Shown: positions 51,727 through 60,600 of the stretch, in pieces
Position numbering within the stretch: the first letter of the stretch is position 1
Layout of the letters: each line of letters starts with the position of its first letter
DNA from: Candidatus Latescibacterota bacterium
GTDB lineage: Bacteria; Latescibacterota; UBA2968
DNA: 64,000 nucleotides
Reading direction: 5' to 3'
NCBI GenBank assembly: GCA_965204745.1
Contig: OZ242010.1
Coordinates: 5,024,001-5,088,000 of the forward strand
Notes under the pieces: model-generated
Database searches by the model: none
What the model saw: the letters and a program-made list of their open reading frames with translations, nothing else
What the model was told of the DNA's origin: nothing
Made by a program: the position numbers and the translations under genes

Positions 51727-52788
51727 CTATTCGTCGATTCGTTTTTCGCCTTTTTGTGCCCGTGCGTTGCCATATCCCAAAAGCGTCTGCGCGGGTTCGC
51801 AGGCGGCGGCGAGTTGTGTTTGTTCGGCGGCGCTGAGGCGCGTCCAATTCGGCGATTTCGGCTGTATCAAGCCAATGGCTGCCTGTAGCCATTGGCTGTT
51901 TTCGTATTCCGGTCCGATAAAACGGATGAACCGGCGCAATTCGCGCTCGGGCGAGTCCAGCGCGGTTTCGTAGCGCATCGACAGCACGCGCTCGGGCGGT
52001 AGCGCGTTTAGGTACGCAACCCCATGCCCGATTAAGCGGCTCCAAAACCGCCCAAATGCGGGCAATGCGATCTCGGTGCGCCGATATCGCTCCGCGGTGA
52101 AAAATTGGAATCGAAACCACTCGAGGAAGGGGATATACGGGCTGGTGCCGAGCAGGTTGAATGGCCGGTAGGGATCGATCCCAACTTTCATCATCAACTC
52201 CTCAGATTGCACGCGCAAGCGGAAGTAAGGATGCTGGGACATGGAAATCGCGGTATCCCTGCCATCCCGATAGAGGTGTACGAACCGCGCATCGGGAAAC
52301 ATCTCTGCCAATGTCGGGACGAACAGCAACGAGAGACCCGAGCGTTCGATCCACCCCTTTTTTGCAAACCGGGCCGCGAGCCATTCGAAGATGAAGCGAT
52401 AATGCGCGCCCAACGATGCTCTGCCGCGCGCCCGCAATGCCGCCGAGAGATCGTCCCACAAACGCTCGTGGTCGTCTGTGAGATGCGGTAGCGTGGTACA
52501 CATAATCGACGGCACGTCGCCCAAAGCGTAGCGCGCATCCGGTCCAATCGGATACAAAAACTCATCCACGATCAAATCGTTTGTCAACAGGGCCTTGCCC
52601 CCAGGCGACAGCGAGTTCAGCCGCCGGAACACGGTCTCGCCGGTCGGTCTGCGCCCCCGAAACACTCGGCTGGTCAACGCCGTGAAAAATTCCGAGATGC
52701 TCAACAGATCCGGGTGCAACTTCACCATGTTCGACAGCATCGTCGATCCACACCGTCCAGTGCTTACGATGAATACGGGATCGGTCAT
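51727..52788 (-). CDS. Sulfotransferase
   Basis: GRCGSTML (5'-PSB), HLYRDGRDTAIS (3'-PB), MRYE, LLGY. Confidence 0.9.
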   Translation of the reverse strand: MTDPVFIVSTGRCGSTMLSNMVKLHPDLLSISEFFTALTSRVFRGRRPTGETVFRRLNSLSPGGKALLTNDLIVDEFLYPIGPDARYALGDVPSIMCTTLPHLTDDHERLWDDLSAALRARGRASLGAHYRFIFEWLAARFAKKGWIERSGLSLLFVPTLAEMFPDARFVHLYRDGRDTAISMSQHPYFRLRVQSEELMMKVGIDPYRPFNLLGTSPYIPFLEWFRFQFFTAERYRRTEIALPAFGRFWSRLIGHGVAYLNALPPERVLSMRYETALDSPERELRRFIRFIGPEYENSQWLQAAIGLIQPKSPNWTRLSAAEQTQLAAACEPAQTLLGYGNARAQKGEKRIDE

Positions 52789-52863
52789 TTTTTTCCAAAC
52801 GCGGTCTATGACGAAGCGACATCGTCAGGCAAGAGGTAAGAGGTAAGATACTCTCTTAAAAGG

Positions 52864-53871
52864 TCAAGGGGTTTTCGGGGTGATTCGATAGAATTTTTCG
52901 CCCTCAAAATCTTGGTCATGGCGCAACATGCCCCAGATCGAATGGAGCAACTTTCGCATCACCGCAACGATAGCCTGCAAAGGTTTCTTGCCGCGGGCGA
53001 TGAGTTGGTCATAGAAGGCTTTGACATGGCCTTCGTGTCTGATGGCCACCCAGGCAGGCATATAGAGGGCATGGCGGAGGTACTTATTCCCGGTTTTCGA
53101 GATGCGTCTTTGTGGATTGGCGGTTCCGGATTGTTTGGGTTTGGGATCCAGGCCTGCATGTGCGACCCACTGGGGCGGTTGCATCTCCTCTGGCAAAAGG
53201 GTCAACTCGGCCAAGAGCCGCAAGGCACTCGTTTGCGCGATGCCAGGCGTCGAGCAGAGGCGTTGGTAGGCACGCTTGAGGGGCTCATCGTGCAAAACGA
53301 GATCGAGGGCTTGGCTTTCCAAGTATGCAATCCGGCGTTTGAAGTGTCGAATATTCACCTGAATATCGCGTGCGATGAGACGTGTGCTGCGGATGTGGTA
53401 GCTCTGCGCGTGGTTGCGGCTCTGTTCGCGGATGATCTCCTGCTTGAGTTGGTCAATGCGTCTGGTGAGGGCTTGCAGTTGAAGCCGTTGCTCGCTCGGC
53501 GCTTGCCAAGGCACAAAAGGCATGCGCTCGGCATAGTCGAGGATCAACAACGCATCCTTCGCATCCGTCTTCGCCCGTTGCATGCAGGCTTGGGCGTACT
53601 TGCTCATCGCTTTGGGATTGACGACCATGACCTTTGTGTGGCGATGCCGATGCAAGGCCAAGGCCACCCCCAAACTGTAAAGCCCGGTCGCTTCGAGGCA
53701 CACAGAGACCATGTGCCCGCCCTTCGTGAGCCACTTCAGCAACCGCTTATGCGCTTGGGGATCATTGGCAAAGGTCGCTTGCATGACAGCTTGTCCGGGT
53801 CTGGACAGGGCAACGGACAACGTGCGGGCACTGACATCAATGCCGGCAAAAGCGGGGTGAGATTTCGACAT
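52864..53871 (-). CDS. IS110 transposase / bridge recombinase
   Basis: Translation identical to 7562..8569. Confidence 0.96.
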   Translation of the reverse strand: MSKSHPAFAGIDVSARTLSVALSRPGQAVMQATFANDPQAHKRLLKWLTKGGHMVSVCLEATGLYSLGVALALHRHRHTKVMVVNPKAMSKYAQACMQRAKTDAKDALLILDYAERMPFVPWQAPSEQRLQLQALTRRIDQLKQEIIREQSRNHAQSYHIRSTRLIARDIQVNIRHFKRRIAYLESQALDLVLHDEPLKRAYQRLCSTPGIAQTSALRLLAELTLLPEEMQPPQWVAHAGLDPKPKQSGTANPQRRISKTGNKYLRHALYMPAWVAIRHEGHVKAFYDQLIARGKKPLQAIVAVMRKLLHSIWGMLRHDQDFEGEKFYRITPKTP

Positions 53872-53911
53872 GGGGGCCTCCTGTGATGAGGGGGTTGTAA
53901 GGGATCTGGTG

Positions 53912-54124
53912 CGCGCTCGGGGTCGCGTCCCGACCATTGACGCCAAGTCTACCGGTCTTGTATATGCAGCCTCAAGGGGCTTAGATACTCTTCGGCATAG
54001 ACCCGGCGGTCGGGGGGCCTATCTTACCTACAAGGTCATCGCCTTCAAGAGGGGCCGGCCTTCCCCGAGCCGGGCATCAAGATGGCTTATCTCGATACGA
54101 GGGCGCAACTCCTAATTAACCCTT
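53912..54124 (-). ncRNA. Putative bridge RNA, copy 2
   Basis: Same sequence as 8610-8822. Confidence 0.8.
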
Positions 54125-54263
54125 ACTTCCAAGATACAAGAGGTAAGAGGTAAGAGGCAAGAGGCAAGAGGCAAGAGGCAAGAGGCAAGAGGTAAGACAT
54201 CGTCAGACTACCTGTCCACATTGCACGCACCAAGTTACGCAAAAAATCGGATATTCCAAGGGC

Positions 54264-54713
54264 TAGGTCGTGTTGACATTTCATTTTTTGTTGTTACGCA
54301 CAGAGTAGCAACTGTGTTGCTTCTTGCTCATTTAAGGCGTTTGGTCCTTTGATGGCTTAGGTTGCTCTGATGGCGTTTTGCGAGGGGACCTATCCCCCGG
54401 CCCCGTTATTCGCTTCGCTCATTGTAGGCTACGCCTGTGCCTACGAGGAAAGGGGAGTAAAGCTCCTTTGATGGCTTAGGTTGATCTGATGGCGTTGACC
54501 GAGGGCATAAAGCGATTAAATATCCCTCATCAATCCCCTCGCAAAACCGCTCACAGTTCCCCCTTCCTCGCAGGAAGGGGGTTAGGGGGTAGGTCCCGAT
54601 AAGGCGCGACCGTTTCAGTTTCTCAAACCGAGAGCATATTCTGCGATAGGGCTTGATTTTCTCGATAAACCGCTCAAGCCAGTTGCTTTGCTCGTAAATG
54701 TCAACACAACCTA
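54264..54713. mobile_element. Non-autonomous MITE with 18-bp terminal IRs containing a nested R1 element
   Basis: TAGGTCGTGTTGACATTT (54264-54281) and AAATGTCAACACAACCTA (54696-54713), 17/18 complementary including the terminal TA. Confidence 0.7.
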
Positions 54714-54776
54714 ATACCCAGTCCCATCAGCCGCGGGGACAATCCCGGTAGCCATCCCTCATCAGAATTTATCGCT

Positions 54777-56828
54777 CTATGGTTTGACGCGGGAGATGAT
54801 GCGCCCGCCCGCGATTTTGATTTTTCCCGCGCACTGGAGGGCTTCGATAGTGACGTCGCCATTGTCCCAAACGACGGTCCCCATGCCCATGGCCTCGATA
54901 GAGAGTTGCCCTTCGGGCACGGTGAGGGTCAGGGGTTCGGGATCCGCGCCGTGGAACGCCGCGACGTAACGCTTGGTTTGGGGGCAGGCAAAGAGCCACG
55001 CGGGTTGGCTTCCGCAGGTGAGCGTGGCGTTTCCAACCGCAATACGGCCCGTGCGGTTTTGGCGGGCCAGGGGCGATTCGAGTTGGGGCCAGCCGAGCGC
55101 GCCCTCGTGCGTCCAGCGTTTTTGGAGGTGCCAGTTTAGCAAGTCGATCTCGATGCCGAGGGCTTGGTTGTCGCGGGTATATTCGACAGACCACGCACGC
55201 GTTTTGCCCGCTTCGTACGCGATGGGAGGCGACGCTTCGTCTTTGAGCGTGCCAGTAGCGACGGTCTGGGCAAAGGTTTGCACATCGGGATAATCAGCGC
55301 GTTCGGCCAGTTCCGCGTAAAAACCGCACTGGGGTTTGCCCTGGTAAAACGAGCCGGGATGGGCCTGCTCCCAAAAGGTTTTGGATGGGCCGAGGTAGTT
55401 GTAGAGTTCGAGAAAGAGATGCGTGCCGCGTTCGACCAAGCGAAGGGGCGCGTTGCGGCCCAAGTCCGTGCGGCCGAGGGGCCGAATGCCGACGAGGACG
55501 GGCCCCACGGCAATGGCGATGGTGGCGGGTTCGGGAATGTCAAAAGGCAGGGTTTCGACTTTTTGGTCATCGACCCAAATTTCATCGACCAAACTGCGGT
55601 CGTGCCAGCAGATGATGGCTTTGGCGCTGGTTCGGGGTGCCATCGCGCCAAGGTCCTTAGGCGAATACAGGACGATGGCCCGAGGGCCGTCTTGGACATT
55701 GTGGCATTGGCCTTCTTCAGAGAGGATCTGGTCATTGGATCGGGCGGGCGTCGAGCGGAATGATCCGAGCCAGTGGTCGTCGAGCACATAGCGAGAATAG
55801 ATGACGCCGGTTTGAGCTGTATCGGTCTTGTGGTGGGCGATGAAAACGCTGGATTGGCCCGCGATAAAGCGATTGGCTTGGCTCCGCAATTCCTGCGAGG
55901 AAACGCCCAATGCGAAGGACGGGCTGTGGTACGTGGCGATGCCTACGCTGTTTTTCGCGTCCGCGGTTTCAAAAAAAAAGAAGGTCTCCGGACGGTGGTC
56001 GAGCGCGTCTTTGAGCCAAGCGGGCAAAAGACCCGTTGCGATGTCGTCGCGAAAAGCGTCGATTTCCGGTGGGGCCTCGCAAAAGAGGGCATGGCGGTAC
56101 GCACGGCTAAAAGGCCCGGCCCAGCGTCCGGTGGGCGGGTGAATGTGCAGGGCCGCGGACAGGCCAATTCTCGCACACATGGTTTTGGCCCCGATGCGCG
56201 TGGGGAGGTGCTGGACGAGTTCGCCGAGCCGGTGCAACACGCGCATTGCGACGTTGGCGTAGTTGGGGCTGTTAAATTCGTACGCACAGCCGTTCTGCAC
56301 CGTGAAGTCCATCCACGCCTGAAATTTGCGATAGCCCCGATTTTTGAACGCCTCATCCCCGAGGAGTTCGCCGCCCAAGCAGGTGTTGGTGATGTCTTTG
56401 ACCACGATGTTGGTGTACCGAAAATGGACGTCTATCCTGCGGATTTCCTCCAAGCCCAAGCGGATGCTGTGGAGGACGCGATTCTGCAAATCAGCGGAAA
56501 GCACGTCCCGGTGCCCGATCATCAAGGGGATGAGTTGGAACAGGCAGAACTGCACGGCGTTGAGGTCTTCCACGACTTCGTCTTCGCGCTCCCAAAGAAA
56601 ATTGCCCAAATGGGGGTCCGCTTCTCGGGTCTCTTGGCACGCGAGCATGGCGTCGAGTACTTGTTCGGCCAAGGCGATGTCTGCGCGGGTGCCATTGTCC
56701 AACAGGGCATTGGCAAATTCAGCGGCCAACCGGGGCGCGTGATAAGTCTTGCCGCCTTCCCGACGGGCGAGCATGCGGGTTTCGGGATTGAAGGTCGGAG
56801 GCAGTGGTAGAGGTCGTGTTTCGGACAT
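54777..56828 (-). CDS. Hypothetical protein (helical N-terminus, beta-rich C-terminus; possibly lyase/heparinase-like)
   Basis: 683-aa ORF; GGAG RBS; YTN and EFNSPNY motifs; function not recognised. Confidence 0.7.
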   Translation of the reverse strand: MSETRPLPLPPTFNPETRMLARREGGKTYHAPRLAAEFANALLDNGTRADIALAEQVLDAMLACQETREADPHLGNFLWEREDEVVEDLNAVQFCLFQLIPLMIGHRDVLSADLQNRVLHSIRLGLEEIRRIDVHFRYTNIVVKDITNTCLGGELLGDEAFKNRGYRKFQAWMDFTVQNGCAYEFNSPNYANVAMRVLHRLGELVQHLPTRIGAKTMCARIGLSAALHIHPPTGRWAGPFSRAYRHALFCEAPPEIDAFRDDIATGLLPAWLKDALDHRPETFFFFETADAKNSVGIATYHSPSFALGVSSQELRSQANRFIAGQSSVFIAHHKTDTAQTGVIYSRYVLDDHWLGSFRSTPARSNDQILSEEGQCHNVQDGPRAIVLYSPKDLGAMAPRTSAKAIICWHDRSLVDEIWVDDQKVETLPFDIPEPATIAIAVGPVLVGIRPLGRTDLGRNAPLRLVERGTHLFLELYNYLGPSKTFWEQAHPGSFYQGKPQCGFYAELAERADYPDVQTFAQTVATGTLKDEASPPIAYEAGKTRAWSVEYTRDNQALGIEIDLLNWHLQKRWTHEGALGWPQLESPLARQNRTGRIAVGNATLTCGSQPAWLFACPQTKRYVAAFHGADPEPLTLTVPEGQLSIEAMGMGTVVWDNGDVTIEALQCAGKIKIAGGRIISRVKP

Positions 56829-57479
56829 TACAAACTCCTAATTATGAATTGATGTTCGCCCGTCCGCTCCGCCTAGCCCCACTCGTGCGTGCCCGGCCCC
56901 TGCCGCCGTGTCTGAATCGCGGATTAAACGGATTACGCGGATTACGCGGATTACCCCACACATCCCTACCGCCGCTTCATCGTTCCCACTCCGCTGTGCC
57001 CTTCGGCTGTGCCCTTCGGCATCCCCCGTACCTGTCCTTGTATATAATAAGCTCTTAGTGATCAGTCCGCAACCCTGCTCATCGGCCCCGTGCGTGCCCG
57101 TCCGCCCTACCACCGCTTCATCGTTCCCACTCCGCTGTGTCCTTTGCACGCCCTACCGCCATAGACCTATCCCCCCGGCCCCCGTTATTCGCTTCGCTCA
57201 TTGTAGGCTACGCCTGTGCCTACAAGGAAAGGGGGAGCGCATGGCTTTCTGAAAGGTTTGTATCCCTGGCAGTTCTAATGGCTTTGAGTGAATGGATCAC
57301 GCCATGAACCCCCAAAACCTCTCGCGTAAATCTCTCGCAAACCCTCTCGCCATTCCCCCTTCCTCCTAGAAAGGGGGCCAGGGGGTAGGTCCCAAAAAGT
57401 AAAGCCCGAGTTCACTGTGAACCCGGGCTTTTGTTTTTACGTCTTTCGCGATTGTCAGCCTGATGAGCCAAAGCCGGCG

Positions 57480-57631
57480 GCGAAGATGAGGAAAAGGGAT
57501 TCGATCTCTTGCTTCCGCGTATTCCACACTCGCATCGCCAAAGGACAGCATCAGATTCGCGCTGATGGTGAGGAAGAAACTCAGGGTGTTCTCATCGCCA
57601 TCGCCATCTGTGGCGGTCAGAGAACAGGCTT
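57480..57631 (-). pseudogene. Remnant of a putative Ig domain
   Basis: LTATDGDGDENTLSFFLTISANLMLSFGDASV resembles LTARDGDGDEATLRFALAVAEDLMPSFADTVV in 11366..14584. Confidence 0.6.
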
Positions 57632-60600
57632 TCATTGGAAGTGGGAGGCGGGATAGAGGCTTCGGATGTAGGGTTCAATGGCTTGAGCGGTCGTGCGCGT
57701 AGCATTTTGCTCGATGACGTTCCCTCTGATGAGGGCCTCGTTCCGGAAGAAGAGGACATATCGAATGATCAGGATTATATCCGAGAACAGCCTCACATCG
57801 CCATCGCCATCCACATCGAGAATGTTCTGATTGACCAACGTGTCGAGGTAGGGTTCAATTTCTTGAGCGGTCGTGCGCGTGGCAGTTGGCTCGATGACGT
57901 TCCCTCTGAGGAGGGCCTCGTTCCGGAAGAAGAGGACATATCGAATGACCAGGATTATATCCGAGAACAATCTCACCCGGCCATCGCCATCCACATCCAA
58001 GTTGGCACTCGGGCTTTCGTCATCGATAATCGTCCCTGTGCCTTGCGCCGTGCTTATGGTCGCATTGGTCGCATTGCTCAGCGTCACGATCACGGTCTCG
58101 TTCTGCTCATCATCCGAGTCGTCGGTCACAGAAACAGGGATGGTCTGGATGGTATCGCCTACCGTGAAGGTCAGGGTCCCTGCGGTAAGCGCGGTGTAAT
58201 CGGTCCCCGAAGTCGCGGTGCCCGTGCCCGAGTCTGCATACGCCACCGTCACTTGTAACATGTCGTGCGCTGGGCGTAGGTACACCTGAAAGGTCAGGGT
58301 CGCGCTGGTCGCGTCTTCAATCACGCTTGGCGAACCGATACTCAGCGCAGGCATGCCATCGTCATCGATAATCGTCCCTGTGCCGGTGAGGCTCGTCGCC
58401 CCGCCATCAAAGGTGGCATTGACCGCGTTGCTCAAAGTCACCTCCACGGTCTCGTTCGGCTCATCATCCCCGTCGTCGCTCACAGAAACAGCGAAGGTCT
58501 GGCTGGTCGTGCCCGTCGCAAAGGTCAGGGTCCCTGCGGTAAGTGCGGTGTAATCCGTCCCCGAAGTCGCGGTGCCCGTGCCCGCGTCTGCATACGCCAC
58601 CGTCACCGCCTTGCCGCTCACTGTATTCAATCTAACGGTGAACGTCAGGGCAGTGCCCTCAACCGCACTCGGCGAACTGATCGAGAGCCTCGGCGGCGCG
58701 TCATCATCGGTGATCGTCAGGGTCTCGGAAGATGATAGCACCGCCATATTGCCACCCGTCACCGTTGCAGACACGGTCACTTCCTTGTCAGGCGCATCGG
58801 TCGTATCGTTCACCGAGGTGATCGTCACGCTGCCCGTGCTCGTCGTCACATTCGCCGCGAAGGTCAGCGTGGTCGCGGTCGATAGCGTAAAATCGCCCGC
58901 AACCGCAGGCGACACAGCCATCGCTGAAACCGTGACCGTCGCCGCCGTGCTTGCGATGCGATCCAGCGTCGCCGTAATCGTGGAAACCTGGGCATTCTCC
59001 GTAATCGACGCAGGAGTCAAAACCAACGTCACGTTCGGCACGTCGTCATCGGTAAGCGTCAGCGTCACATCAGTGACCGATCCCGTGCCTACGCTGTTGG
59101 TTAGCGTACTCGACACGGTCACCGTCTTGTTCCCCGTAGCATCGGCGTTATTCACCCCTGTGATCGTCACGGTGCCCGTGCTCATCATTTGCCCCGCCGC
59201 GACGGTCAGCGTGGCCGGCGTGCTCCGCGTGTAGTCGGCCGCAACCGCAGGTAGCACAGGCGCCACTGTCACCGTAATCGTCGTCGGATCGCTCGACGTG
59301 TGAGACAGCCTCGCGGTCACGGTCGAGACACCGCCGTTCTCTGAAATCGACGCAGGCGATACAACCATCGTCACGTCCGGCGGGTCGTCGTCGTCCGTCA
59401 GCGTCACAGTGCCGGTCACACTGCCCGCGCCTTGGGCGTTGCGCGACACACCGGACAAGGTCACGATGCGATTAGGCGCGTCTTGGGTGTTGTCCACCGC
59501 TGTGATGACCACCGTATCCGACGCGTTAATCGTGTCCCCAGCCGCGATGGTGATCGTCGAATCCGCCGCCACCGTATAAGCACTCGCCACAGGACGCACC
59601 GTGATCGTCGTCGCCGCGCTTGATGGACGCGATAGTGACGCCGTGACCGTCGAAACCGCGCCGTTCTCCGAAATCGACGACGGGTTCGCCGCCAACGTCG
59701 CTGTCGGTGCAGGGTCGTCGTCTGTGATCGTTAAAGTCGCCTCGGTCACACTGCCCGCGCCTTGGGCGTTGCCCGCCACAACGGACATGTCCACGTCGCG
59801 ATTAGGCGCGTCTTGGGTATTGTCCACCGCTGTGATGACCACCGTATCCGACGCGTTCGCCGTGCTCCCGGCCGCGATGGTGATCGTCGAATCCGTCGCC
59901 ACCGTGTAAGCACCCGCCACCGGGCGCACCGTGATCGTCGTCGCCGCGCTCAACGGGTGTGCCAGCGTCGCGGTCACGGTGCTCATCCCGCCGCTTTCCG
60001 AGATCGACGAGGGCGTCAGTGCCAACGTCACTCTCGCGGGTTGGAGCTGAAATTGCACGGTGGTGTCCATGCCGGCATACTTCAAGGCCGGATACTGATC
60101 CATCGCGCCAAAGGTCCATGGATCGTCGTTGCCGGGTTGTCCGTCGAGGTTGGCGTTCCAGTTGTAGTAGGTGTCGTTGCTGGTGGCACCGTAGGTGGTG
60201 GGGATTAGAAGATCGCGGGTGGTTTTGCCCGTGCCGGCGGCGCTGCCTGTTCGGCCGCTGGTTGAGGTATCCCAGTAACTTGCGGTTACAGTGCTACTGC
60301 TGACAAGCCCTATTAACCCGCCGATGTTGTTGCCGCTGGCGTTGACGCGGCCGGTGGAATATGAGTTTGTTATGTTGCTGCTTATGGCCCGCCCTATTAG
60401 GCCGCCGGCATTATTGGCGGCTCCGCCGACGGAAGCGGTGGAGTAGCTAGAGCTGACGGACGCATTGGATGCGTTCATTAAGCCTACCAGACCGCCGACA
60501 TCGCTTCTGGAGCCGCTTACCGCGCCGGTGGTGTAACAGGCGACGATTGGTCCGTAACTGGTGCCTACCAGAATGCCGACATATTCCCGCGCCGTGATGT

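Larger units (their letters stand above)
52845..54141 (-). mobile_element. IS110-family insertion sequence, copy 2
   Basis: Matches copy 1 at offset 45302; inserted in (AAGAGGT)n. Confidence 0.95.
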
